Assembly: GCA_030265395.1 (NCBI GenBank)
Contig: JARFYF010000022.1
Span: 30,646,561 to 30,710,560 of the forward strand
Direction: 5' to 3'
From: Rhina ancylostomus
Lineage: Eukaryota
DNA length: 64,000 bases
The translations under genes were made by a program, and so were the position numbers. This document shows positions 36,624-49,600 of the stretch, piece by piece. Numbering within the stretch: the first letter of the stretch is position 1; every line of letters begins with the position of its first letter. The notes below the pieces were generated by a model, which ran no database searches, was not told the DNA's origin, and worked only from the letters and a program-made list of their open reading frames with translations.

Positions 36624-39600
36624 ATCACATTCCTTAGTCTAATAAATGTGAATATTGGCTTTGTAAATATTGTTATAATGATGTGCACCATGCCACTTTT
36701 AATGTACTGGAGTACGTAAGGTAACGAAGCTTCTTGCAGCTGTCAAAGGTCATTTTCATGGGCCTGGATATTTATGGAGAACCTTATTGGCAAATAAGAA
36801 TATTATCTTAATACCATTTCTGAAAAGCAACAATTGGAATAAGTTGCATGTCTAAGAATATAAATGCTTAAGGGGAAATCCACGCAAGCCATCATTTTGT
36901 ACACAATTCTTACTTTTACAAAGGTATAATTGATCTCTGATGTAGCATGCTATATTTTTGTGTCAGTGCCATTTTTATCTAAATCATGTATTTAAACAAT
37001 TGAATGAGTTTCCATCAGCACATCTGGATTGTAAGGCTGTACTTACAACTGTGGAGCTCTTCATGTCCCTTCATATCACATTTTAAGGAATTCGTATTTC
37101 AAATTTCATATATTCAATAAAGAAATTGAAAACATTTGCAAATTTCTCATACCTTTTAAAGAGGGATTTGCAACATAGCTCTTTAAACAAAAAGTTACAT
37201 CAGGACTCTTAAAATCACTTTTAAAGATAGATTGTCTGAGTCAGGGTCTGTTAAGAATCAGTCTCATTTTTTTGCCCTTTATAAGAGTCACCAAAAAGAG
37301 AAATCTATGATAGCATTTACTGTTCATTTCTGAAATTCCTTCAGCTAATTTTATGACCAGAGATAGAAACCCCCAAGTTGTAATATAATCTCAGTGTTGC
37401 TCATTTTGATTCAACGTTAATTAAATCTCCTACACCCCCTTATTGTTGATTAGAGATGGGCAAATTCCAATGCAGTGTATTTTCAACTTTTAGGAGTTTT
37501 GGATTGCTTTAATCTTTTTATTTAAAAAAATACAAAGAAAGGTTTTAAGGTAATCTTGCCATAAATACTATCACCTTTGAAAAGTATGCAACACCTATCA
37601 CTATTAGTCAGACCTTATTACAACTTGGATCAATATTTAAGAATTCAGAACTCTCATATTGCAAGCTAAAGCTAGCCCTTGAAATATTGAAAGTGTAAGA
37701 GCAGAAAATTCTAAAAAATGGGGCCGCTAGAATCCCCTGGAAGCTACACATTGGAAACAGAGTATTGTTTCCACATATTGATACCAAGGAATCATAGAAA
37801 CCCAATTACCATTCAGCTTTTCAAACTACAGACTCACCCATGCACACTTATACACTGCTGGCTCACATACATACATACACAAAAAGATTTAACCAAAAGA
37901 AATTTCTGGCAGTAATCTCACTGATATAAATGGTATCAAATCGCAGTGTTGTTCGTCACACAGTCAGCACTTATCTAGGCAGACCCATAATATTCAAGTC
38001 TGGTTTTATGCAACTTTTTCCTTTTTGTCAATCCTGACCTATTGCACATAAGAGGATTCTACTGTACATGTAATTGCTTTCACTTGTAACTGTTCACCAC
38101 AATGACAATGTGGCGCCTTGTTGATTACTGGAATATATCCCGTTCTGTCTGTAATTGAAAACATCAATGAAAATTCAAAGTTTCAGAATAATAAGCTGCA
38201 GATCACTGAATTACAAACAACACAAAATGATCTAAGCAGTCACTCCCTGCGTATGATGAATGTGCTCCCATCTGTGTTTTGGACTGGACAGTTCAAAATT
38301 GCATACCCAGAAATTTCTAAAGTGGAAAACAGGATACAACACCCTAAATTTTAAGATTAAAATTTTTCCTTCCAATCACATCATCACCTCATATTTTGTC
38401 TCACTATTATGCTCTGAAGGTTCAAATTATTAAGACGATCTTTTTATTTTCAATTAATTCTCAGCAGTAAAACAATCAAAAGTTTTTCCCTGAATCATAC
38501 TCTCTCTTCTTTAGTCTGCTTCATCTCCAGTATTTGACTTGGCAAAAGAAGGAATGAAGCCTAATTTTAGACACTTCTAAATGATATGCAATCTAATCTT
38601 AGATTGATCCAATCAGTCACGTATTTGGGTGTGTTGTCGTTGCGGGTGCTGGACTGAACTCCAGACTATTGTGAAAGAGAATGCTGTTGCAAATTGGAAA
38701 AAGTGACAGATGTATCAACACAATATGCCACAACAAAAGGACACTACTTTCACACTAATACTTCCAAACTATATGAAGTCAACTCATCAACTAAACTGAC
38801 CTAATAACTTTCAAAAACAATGAAAATAGTGCTCTTAACTAAATTTTAAAACTCAGATAACCCAGCCATGACCTTGAAATTCCCTTTGGGAAAGTATCCA
38901 TTTGTGCAAAATTCCTTTCCCCATTTTAGTAGAGGCACCAATTAATTTATTTTAAATATGTTAGTACTAAGTTAAGAAGCATAGAAGGAATTTCATATGA
39001 TCGAGTTAATCATTTCCACAGTAGTGTGCCATGCATAATTTCATGGCCAATAGTTTTAAACATTCAAATTGCAGAAGATTAAGATAGCACACAGCACCAT
39101 GCAATATATCCAGATACAGGGCAATCTATTCATTGCGTACATCCAATATGAGTAACAGGCCAGGATTTTGCACATCGCCGTACAGTGCCAAGCTGCTGTT
39201 CCAACGATATCCTGTCAAACATTGCTTTTCACTGGTGGGAGAAAATAGGGACAACCTGAGATTCTACTCATTGGACATCTTGAAATTGTAAAGGCAATAG
39301 TTAATGTGAAGACAAAAAAAGAAATTTACCGAAACTGCCACACAGTATAAATCCAATAGCATTACACTGGATAACTCTGTCTTTCAGCAGNNNNNGGGCA
39401 TAAATCATGCTGCTTTTAATATCCTAATTTAGTAGCAATATTTTTTGCTTATCAAAACTTTTTCCATGTGTTACAAAGATTCCATTCAAATGCACTAAAA
39501 GAACACGGTTTAATCTATGTGACTAAATAGAGGGTGGTACTTATTTAAAGTGGTCCAGCACATATCCTCACTGGGACTGCTGACGTTTGCCTGGACTAAA

Positions 39601-41009
39601 AAAGTAAAAAAAAACAATGGCCTAGGAATTCAGTCGCATGGCAATGTTTTTCCATTGCTATGGATCTGAAGATCATGCCTCCAGAGTGAAAAGTGATTAG
39701 AACCATTTCCAGCCATTTCAGAAATTTGTCGAGGCAATATCAGTGAAAGTCTGACTTTCTTTTTTATATATAGGAGAATTTGCACAGTGACGTTGTTGTT
39801 CAAAGTGTTTGCATACAAACTAACTAAGTAGTCATTTGACCTATCTGTAATCCAGTTCCTAAGGCCACAATTTTCAATGGCTACAAGAGCTATGAATTGC
39901 AACCCCTGTAAATGTTTAATTCTAACTCCATACCCAAACAATACAAGCTTGTGACAACAAATATGATAGGTGTGCTATCACATCTCACCACAAAGTTGGT
40001 GCAGCTGGCTATATGCTAACAGAAATATATTACTTATTTAAGAGGGAGGAAAAAGCTAATTATATTAAACACTCTCAGAAGGTAGGAATACAAGCGTTTA
40101 AATTATTCTTTTTTTATTATTATTATTACTCCTGTTATAGAGTGTGCCGTTACTAATGTTTCCCCCATGTATTTGCAAGGCTGTTGGNNNNNNNNNNNNN
40201 NNNNNNNNNNNNNNNNNNNNNNNNNNNNNNNNNNNNNNNNNNNNNNNNNNNNNNNNNNNNNNNNNNNNNNNNNNNNNNNNNNNNNNNNNNNNNNNNNNNN
40301 NNNNNNNNNNNNNNNNNNNNNNNNNNNNNNNNNNNNNNNNNNNNNNNNNNNNNNNNNNNNNNNNNNNNNNNNNNNNNNNNNNNNNNNNNNNNNNNNNNNN
40401 NNNNNNNNNNNNNNNNNNNNNNNNNNNNNNNNNNNNNNNNNNNNNNNNNNNNNNNNNNNNNNNNNNNNNNNNNNNNNNNNNNNNNNNNNNNNNNNNNNNN
40501 NNNNNNNNNNNNNNNNNNNNNNNNNNNNNNNNNNNNNNNNNNNNNNNNNNNNNNNNNNNNNNNNNNNNNNNNNNNNNNNNNNNNNNNNNNNNNNNNNNNN
40601 NNNNNNNNNNNNNNNNNNNNNNNNNNNNNNNNNNNNCAGATAGTGATAAGTTTCTTTCAACATTCAGTCTTTTCAAGTGTTGGGTTGGGGGAGATTCCCA
40701 GACCACTTTTGGTTCAGCCAGTTTTCTTGCTTCTTCTCTTGAATGTTCATGCATATGCTGGGCACAATTTCACAAAGAATTTAGCTTTTTACTAATTTGT
40801 TTGCATTAATTTCACGTGCATTGGTACTTAGCAATTGGACTACTGATGCATGGAACAGGGAGACTTACATTTAATATCAACTCCTAACTATTAACTTTAT
40901 CACAATATTAACACTCCCAGAGCCACCATTCACTACAAAATACAGAAAACGTTTATGAGTTTCAATATGGACTGCTTTGCCTTGATCTCCACAGGCATCC
41001 ATTTTTTGG

Positions 41010-42180
41010 TTCATTCCTATTTTGCCTAGCAATGGACCTTCCTCCTCCCAAACAACCAGCTTACAAATACTGCTCAGGTTCTCCTTTACTCCTCCTTTTC
41101 CCATTTACAGGTTGCCCCTTGATGACATTACCTAAAGATTTATAGTTAACTCTGACATGTATGCTGACAACATGCACTTCCCACCAAAGCCAATTACCAC
41201 TGAGCTCTGAAATACTTGTCTGATATCAAATCAATAATGTTCCAGAATTCTCTCCAAATCCACAAAGGCAAATCCAGATCCATTCCGATTGTGTTTTTTT
41301 CCCAAAACATCTGTAACCTTGTGACCAAGCCTATCCTCCACATCAATACTTACTCAGGTTCAGGTTGATCCCAAAGATTCAAAACACAATGTACATTCCT
41401 GTTCTGAGTTTCAAATTCTATATGACCAAAGCTATTTAGTTTCACCTCCACAAATTAATTCCTCCTGCCATTATCTTATCCTGTTGTGTTGTTATGTTAT
41501 GTTATATTATGTTATTTTATCCACTTTAAGAGGACAGTGTATAGTTTGGTAATATGTAGAGTAGCTAGCGTGAGGCAATAGAGGAACAGCATATTGTCTC
41601 AATTTTACCAAGCCATAATGTGTGTGTTTAATCACTAATAAGAGGCTAAGTCATCAAGAGTTTACAACTCCTACTCTAATCCTTATTCACACTTTCATTA
41701 CCTTCACATTCTCCCCATAGGCCTCCAAAGTTCCATGGTACATGAATTCCAACTCATCAAGAACTCTAAAACCTACGNNNNNNNNNNNNNNNNNNNNNNN
41801 NNNNNNNNNNNNNNNNNNNNNNNNNNNNNNNNNNNNNNNNNNNNNNNNNNNNNNNNNNNNNNNNNNNNNNNNNNNNNNNNNNNNNNNNNNNNNNNNNNNN
41901 NNNNNNNNNNNNNNNNNNNNNNNNNNNNNNNNNNNNNNNNNNNNNNNNNNNNNNNNNNNNNNNNNNNNNNNNNCTCTGCTCCAGCTTCAATAAAATAACT
42001 TTCAATTACCTTTGATCCATACTTTGGATGCATCCCACAAAATTCATCCACCACTATTTCCACTACCAAAGCCCTGTTCTTCAAACATGCTCTCAGTTAT
42101 CTCTCCTTTTACTGCTTGGCATTTGTATTTCCTCAGTGGATGCATCTACTTTGTTAAAAATGATATTTAAGGAAATAAAT
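41010..42180 (+). mobile_element. Decayed L2 LINE (RT core to 3' end), interrupted by a gap and a (TGTTA)n tract
   Basis: LPLDDI...MYADNMH with YADN at 41160-41171. The sequence downstream is pyrimidine-rich and L2 3'-like. Confidence 0.7.
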
Positions 42181-43019
42181 CTAACTTCTCTTTCATAGAT
42201 GGGAAAATATGAGATCAGGTTAACAAAACTCCTTCTGTCCCCAATCTTTGGTATACTCTACTGCTTAAATAAACTTGTAACACACAGATAATACAGACAG
42301 GTTTACAAAAGTCCCTAAACAGCATCATCAAGCTCGGTAAACCCAAGTAAGGAAACATCACATGCCTCTCACAATAGGCCATTTCAGTCAAGCCAGGAAG
42401 CACATCAACAGGAGACACATGATAATACTGAGGATCTGCAGTATTTACCATTATATGTTACAGTGACATAATATTGTTTTTTTTATTGAATCTTTTCACA
42501 TCAGGGAATTGGAATTAGTTCAAGAAATAACATTCATAAGACACATGGAAAAGGAGCTATCTCTTGGAAGGGGCATTTTGTTACAATTATCACACACATT
42601 CCAACCATGGATAGAGTCAAAATGTTTCCACTTCTTGTGAGTGGATCGTTAATTGGAATTTTCTCCCTCTGCTTTTCACTCTGATGAATGTTAATCCTGG
42701 GAAGTGAACTTTCTTCCAATTCAGACACTGCTGTCAGCTTCAAGAACCCCTAGTATAGCCACAGATGAAGACTAAACCATTTCACTGTGTTTATACACAC
42801 TGCATAAGCATTTCATTTCTAGATTAAGTGACCTATATTTGTCCTCCAATTAATGTCAAGCCTCTTCTTTAGTTTTTCCATATTACTCACTCTAAAGGCA
42901 AACACTTGAGTAGATTTTACACAAGTACAACTTATGTGCATTTCTACTTATTTGCATTTAATTAAGAAATAATTCTGGTTCATTAAAGGTATTTATTATT
43001 TATGTACAATTTTAGATAA

Positions 43020-43560
43020 TTGCAAGAACAACTGGTCACATTTTTAAGCACATCCCATGTTAAAGCATTACAGAGAGCTTCACAAGGCAAAGGAAAAATG
43101 ATGGACACTGAAGCATGCAAAAATAAAGAAATAAAACTGCACCAGAAACCTGACAACGCAAGCCAAAGTAAAAGATTCAGAGAAGTTTTATAAACGAGGA
43201 GATAAGTGGCAAGGATTAAAGGAGGAACTGCCCAACAGTAGCTAAAAGAAGGTCAACCATGATGGAGAAATGGGAATGAGAAAGAAGCTTAACATATGGA
43301 TGGTGAAAACATGATGGTAAAGTAAATCAAGTCTGTGGAAGTGTTTGAATATTAAGACAAGGTTCTTGAAAATAATTTGTTAATAATATGCTGGAGCATA
43401 AAGATTGCAGCTGCCTCATGGGCATCAACTATGAGAACTAGGAGCAGCAGTTCTTGACATGAATTAAATTCCTCTGCTGATTATAACATGAAATCAGATG
43501 GGGAGCACATTGTAATAAGAGACATAAAATAAAAGTTTATAAAAGGGTGGCAAGGTAGTA
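43020..43560 (-). mobile_element. Decayed L2 LINE 3' region
   Basis: Purine-rich antisense L2-like blocks similar to 9000-9700 and 50697-51670. Confidence 0.5.
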
Positions 43561-43565
43561 TCAAA

Positions 43566-43780
43566 GGGCCGCACGGTAGTGTAGCAGTTAGTGGAACTCT
43601 GTTACATCACTAGTGATCGGGGTTCAATTCCCGCTGCTGTCTGTAAAGAGTTTGTATGTTCTCCGGGTGCTCCGGTTTCCTCCCACATTCCAAAGGCATA
43701 CAGGTTAGTAGGTTAACAAGGGTGTCATTGGGCGGTGTGAGCTTATTGGGTCGGAAGGGCCTGTTACCGTGCTGTATAAA
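43566..43780 (+). mobile_element. V-SINE (HE1-like), younger copy
   Basis: tRNA-derived head (A-box-like ggtagtgtagcagttag; B-box ggttcaattccc at 43621-43632), V-domain gagtttgtatgttctccgggtgctccggtttcctcccacattccaaag, and CR1-type tail gggtcggaagggcctgttaccgtgctgtat. Confidence 0.93.
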
Positions 43781-44479
43781 TGAAGTTTTAAAGTGTTAAA
43801 GAGTTTCTTAAGCACTTAGAAAACATTTGTTTTGTAGATTTTTAATGCAACTTGATGAGATAAGTGCATCAGAGTGAATATTTTGGTCTTAAGAAGCATT
43901 AATTGCCTTAAATGGTTTCCAAACTTAATGAAAAATAAATGCAGGATGAATGCAGGAAATTATTTCTATACTAATATGTATATAGTCAGTCTTATTTATT
44001 TATTTTGAAACCTCAGCACAGTCAGTGCCCTTCAACCGATCTACTTTATGCCACTAAACACAACATTTAGATCCTCTCTTTAAAAAGTAACGAAGAACTG
44101 ATTTCCTTCATCCAGTGAGTCTGACATAGACTGTTTATAATAGCAATGATATCAGACCATACACCAGTAACAGTAATTGGATAACACCCGGGTACTTTCT
44201 AAATGGGGAAGGGGAATTAGAGGGGACTAAATCAAGTGAAAAGAAACAACCCTTTCAATACAAACAGAAAACGGTCTCATCTTCAATTTAGCTGAAGGAA
44301 ATACAAACAAGCAGAATAAAAATAGTCAATGCACAAACCCACAATGAGAGGGTTGATAGGGAAAAATACTTTCAACTCTGAATGGTTTTGGATTGTAAGC
44401 AAGCCAGCCACAGAAGAGTGTGGACTGGGATTAATGTTTGTAGAAAATTATAAGTGTATTTGGAGAAAAATGCGGCAAA

Positions 44480-44850
44480 GTAACCGCTTGCATACTGCAC
44501 TCACTTTCAACAACACTCTGCCTCAATGCCAGTACAGACAGCCCAAACCACTGCATTTTAATTACTGTACTGCCGTGCACATGCAGCCCTTTGATATGGA
44601 AATGTTTTCCATCCCGAACAGTACCCTCCCACAACTTTAAGTATGGCAATCCTTATCAGCTTCTTAAAATTGAGACCAGAATTGCAAATCAATGCCTGGT
44701 CACCAAACTTGGGAGTCGACTGATGTGCAGGAACTGTCCTTGCTCATTAAGTTTGTCAACCAATGGACACACTTGGTGCTGATGTCCATGTCTTGAGCAG
44801 GAATTACATATGTACATCTCTTTCCCTGACAATAACATTTGCTTTAGTGA
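44480..44850 (-). mobile_element. CCHC zinc knuckle plus protease-like remnant; possible Gypsy/LTR gag-pro fossil
   Basis: Minus strand 44808-44764 encodes CNSCSRHGHQHQVCP (C-x2-C-x4-H-x4-C). Downstream in other frames are ALICNSG and HIKGLHVHG. Confidence 0.4.
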
Positions 44851-46235
44851 TCTTCAATAGATTTTTTTTCTTATTTTGTATGTTNNNNNNNNNNNNNNNN
44901 NNNNNNNNNNNNNNNNNNNNNNNNNNNNNNNNNNNNNNNNNNNNNNNNNNNNNNNNNNNNNNNNNNNNNNNNNNNNNNNNNNNNNNNNNNNNNNNNNNNN
45001 NNNNNNNNNNNNNNNNNNNNNNNNNNNNNNNNNNNNNNNNGGGAGTCATGTATTCAGAGATTGGCAATATATTTACTACTACAAATAAAAGGAAATAAAG
45101 GAGCCCTAAGTATCATCACATGCAGTTCAGAAGAATGATCTTGTCCAATGGCTGGATATTGGCAGTGGATATATCGTATGACATTCCCACCATCTTCAGC
45201 CTGGCTGACATGCAGCAATAAGTACAGAGCACCAATTATTGGCCCATCCTTGCCACCCTCAAGCAAGATAACTGCTGAAGAGTCAAAGGAACAAATACGT
45301 TTTTGCACCAATTAGGAACTTGCAAGTTCCTTAGAGGCACAGGTTTCTAGTGCTACCAAATCTTGCTTGAAGTCAAAAGCGGCTAATTCAGCAACCAACT
45401 GTCAGGTTGTGATCTACCTCACAAATGCACATCAGCCTTGACACTTTTGAAAGTGAAGGAATTACCTTGTTGACATATGGACTCAAGAAAGCTCTACTCT
45501 TAAAACATGTACAAGTGGAGTCGGGTCTGAAACACCTATTGCCGTCTTGGAAACGGGAAAAATCCGAGCTGCAGCAGACATTATATCAACCACAGCAGAA
45601 ACATTTATAATGCCTCTGTCACATTATGTCAATGCTGGAGAATGGAAAATTTTGCACTCTAGACATTTCACGCACCAATGACAGCATCAAATGGTCCCAG
45701 ATCTGCTGTAAGGCAAAGACAGAGGGAACTTCTCCTACTGAGTAATATATATAAACTAAAACAAATAAAAAAACACCCAGTTCACAGATAGAAGTTTCAA
45801 GGCAATGATCTCATTACATTGCCAATCAAGTCATTAGAACCTACTTTAAAAATACCACAATCTTGAGCAAGGCCGTTTAAGGAAATAGTGTTCTGTAAGT
45901 CAACCTAGACAGAGAGGGAAAGTATAAATGTTGGCATTTTGGACAGAGGTAGACCCGAGGATTCAGTAGATTAGTGCACTTCGTGAAAAGAAATCGTGAC
46001 TTAGATCACTTGTCTTCACTCTTCTTCCTTATGAATCTGTTTTCAATAAGTTCTCTGGATGTGGGCGACTTTAACTGCAACCCCTCAGGTTGTGCTGAGG
46101 GGATTAAAAATCAGCTACATCACTTAAGACTTTGCTGAAGTCATAATGGTATTTGCCAGTAACTTTTGAGGCATTTATTCCTTTGGTCTGCTACCAATTA
46201 CCAGGTTGAGCAAAATATGTTTCATACATTGTCAT

Positions 46236-46668
46236 AACAAAATAGAAAATGCGAGAATTACTTGGAAAAACACAGCAGATCAGGCAGCTTCTGTGGCAAG
46301 AGAAACAGAGGTAATTTTTCAGGTCAGTGAACTTTTGTGAGAATTGGGGATAGTGAGAGATAAGTGAATTATAAGATTCAGAGAATTTGGGGAGGGAAAG
46401 AGAGAACACAGGAAAATCTTTCAGCAAGTGGAAGGCAGAAGAGATTAAATGATAAACAGTCACAGTGCAAAGTAACAAAATTCTAGAAGGGATGTTAATG
46501 AAAAAATAATTATCCAAAATTGTCAGGGTGGAATATGACCAACCATAAGCACAATGTTCTAAATGCCAGAAATATGAAAAAAGCAGAAAATGCATAGCAG
46601 TTCTGACAGCATCTGGGGGAAAGGAACAGAGTGAACATTTCAGTTCAATAACCTTTCTTTAGAACTAG
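46236..46668 (-). mobile_element. Tandem pair of Penelope-like terminal repeats with decayed hammerheads (copies 8 and 9)
   Basis: Two direct copies of ...cagc(a/t)tctg.gg...ga(a)acagag...tttcag.tca.t.a.cttt...agaa. The GAAA motifs (tttc on plus) are at 46317-46320 and 46638-46641. The spacer resembles the reverse complement of 22880-22960. Confidence 0.75.
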
Positions 46669-49600
46669 TGACGTCTTGATTGATAGTTCAGTAGCTATCA
46701 TGTTGGTCCAGATTAAATAAAAAATCTGCAAGGATTCCCACTTTGATAAGCATCTAATGACTCCTGTTGAAACTTTAGAGATTTCAGGTTATATTAGTAT
46801 TCAGTTCAGTACTAAAAATGTAATTTATTAAATAACCTGAGGATCATTGGGGTTGACAAGGGAAGCAGGTTAGAAGAGGAAATGGACAGTTGTGGATTGC
46901 CTACCTTGAATAAATTTTTCACAGTTTTGTTTTCCACTGAAAGTCAAACCATGCAGGATGTATAATAAAGGATTGATCAACAAGTATCAGTTGTCCACGC
47001 CTACTAAATATTGAAATAGGGTCCACTGTGTGGAATTATATATCAAATATAAAAAGTAACTATAAGTCTGCTTGTGCTTGAGCATGTATCTAAATGTGAA
47101 TTACTGCCATCCACAAAAATGGGAGGAAATGGTAAAAATGGATGGAAGTTGATTTCCATTGATCTGCTGTAAATGTAATGCCTTTGATTTTTTTTAGGTT
47201 CTCTGGGAAATCAGCTGCACCAGTCTTGGAGGAGTTAATTAAGAATATGCACTCTTAATTATCTGCTAATCATAAACCAGCAGTCAAAATTTGGCTGGAA
47301 AACAGAATTTCTATATTTTTGATTAAAACTTTTCATTTCACTTGTAGACCCAGTGGGCAAAATATTTGGCTTGGCACAACAATGCTAATACTGTTTGCGC
47401 CAACGCAGTTTGACCTGATTGCTGACACAAGTGCAGATTCTGCACCAGCAGCTGTGGCGGTGGCATTTTCAACCCTTCCTGTCCAGACACTAGGAAGTTA
47501 GCGTTGCAGGTGTGTGTGGGTGGGGGAATGTCAAGAGGTACACTTTGCTTCCATTTGAGTCACCTGATTTTTTATTTTATCCCCATTGCTTCATTTCTCA
47601 AGCTGAAGGAGATGTTGGATCATACAAAATATTTAAAATCAGAAAATTACTACTCTGGGTGAATTTAACTAATTCCAGAAGGATAGAAAGAAGTAAGTAT
47701 GGAGCACAGTCCATTAATGAACGTCCCTAAATGTAAAGTGAAATATATCAAAAGCCCTTCTCTTGTACAGATTTGTTGGGCAACAGTGGTCAGCATTAAA
47801 GACAAAAGTAGAATTTTCCTCCCTAGTTTTTTTTTGTTTTGCAATAGAAATAGCACTGCTGTAAATTAAAGGTGAGAATTTATCCCAGCTTTGGTTCCAA
47901 TCTAAATAGTCTGAATTTAAACCAGATTTTGCAAAGCCTCAGTGAAATAGTGTTGGTTCTTTACATATCATCTGAAAAATTCAAATCAAAAATTAGTGTT
48001 ATGGAATCATGAAGACCAATACCTACTAGATTAAATATGTTGCAATGAATATAAATGCAAATTATTATGATATATAAAAGCTTCCAGTATTCAGCTAAAA
48101 ATATATAACTTTTCTGGTTGTTTTTCAAAAGAAGATACAGCCAATTATTTTGTAGCATTAAAAGTGTAGTTTGAACAGAAGCTATTAGAAGCTCCGGACA
48201 TGCTGGCATTAAGAACAGAAACTGTCCTCCCAATAATATTGTAAAGCCCAAGTGACGGTCCNNNNNNNNNNCACAATCACTCAAATGTGCATGTGAAAAA
48301 GACCTTATTTTCTTTTTGCAGTATCACATTCAAATAGATTAGGATCCTGAGCCACGTTATCCTTCTCAGCTTTAAACTAATGAGATACACATAATCTCCC
48401 AATACTGTATCTGTGTAATATCATCCCTAGTGTCTGCCTCTGCCTGATTTGATGTTCTGAAATGTTAACTACTACAATATATTTCTACCATTAACCTCGT
48501 TATAGTGTTTGGAGACAATTGCCTCTTCACATGAGTTTACACAAGGACTAACCCCATGCACTTTTTTTTTTGTAAAACTATTTTACTCTGAAAAATATAC
48601 ACATGGCATTTAATATGCAACATCATACCAAAAAATGCAAGACAGTCTAAAAAAAATTGCAAATGAAAGTGCTTGCTATTTTCATACGTCTTCATTCTGT
48701 AATAAACATTAGTTATGAAACTTTCTTTTAAAAATCACAACATATTTAATTAATCAAAATTAAAATGTTTACATTTTATTGTATTGTATTTTGGGGGAAT
48801 GTGGAAGGAACAGGCAGAACCTGTGGATGCAAGACTCTATCAAATCAGGGTTCCCAGTAAAGTCATCCCTGTTATCCTACTAAACTATCTGCAAATATAA
48901 TTATTTGAAAGTGTGCTGGGTGGAAGGCCATGAAGATGGAAAGTGCATTTTACACTATTAAAAAAACCTTATTGCTGAAGGAATTTATTAGCTTCTAGAT
49001 GCAAAAAGATATGCAGATTAGATACAGTACATCACTTAGTCACGTGGCTAAAACTCCAACAGGCATAATTATATTTTTAGATAGGATTTATGATGAAAAT
49101 GGGTCTGTTTTTATTATTTTAGCATTACAGCTAGCTCTTATGTTAAATTTAATAAAACAAATAGCATTCCAGTGCTTCCAAACGCTGAATTCTACTCCTT
49201 TCAAAAGACAAGGACAGGATAAAATACCGCTGTTAAGCTTTGCCTTTTTAAGGTGTGAAGTGTTGGTCTGCACAATTTTTAACATACCAGACCTAAACAT
49301 TTTTTTTAAGCTATGCAAACTGATACAGAGCATAGTCGACTGCAGATAAACACATACCTGATACAAGAATACCAGGGCACCAAATCACTGCTCTTTTAAC
49401 ATTAAAATGCAGTTCACAAAACTTTAATAAATTGGCCGTGTGTATATCAGAACTCAGCTGTAATAACTATCACCAAATACCTTCAGTGTCCTAAAATTAC
49501 AACTTACAACAAGTAAAAGGAGAAAGAGTGAAAATAATAAAACCACAAATAGTGTTTCCACAAGGTTGAATTCTAGACTGAAAGCTGGGCCTTTACTGTA

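Noticed and set aside
43566-43640. tRNA gene
   Set aside because: The A/B boxes belong to a SINE head that continues into a V-domain. There is no complete cloverleaf.
45314-45331. Perfect 18-bp palindrome aggaacttgcaagttcct
   Set aside because: One 9-bp-arm palindrome in 64 kb is not far from chance, and there is no supporting context.
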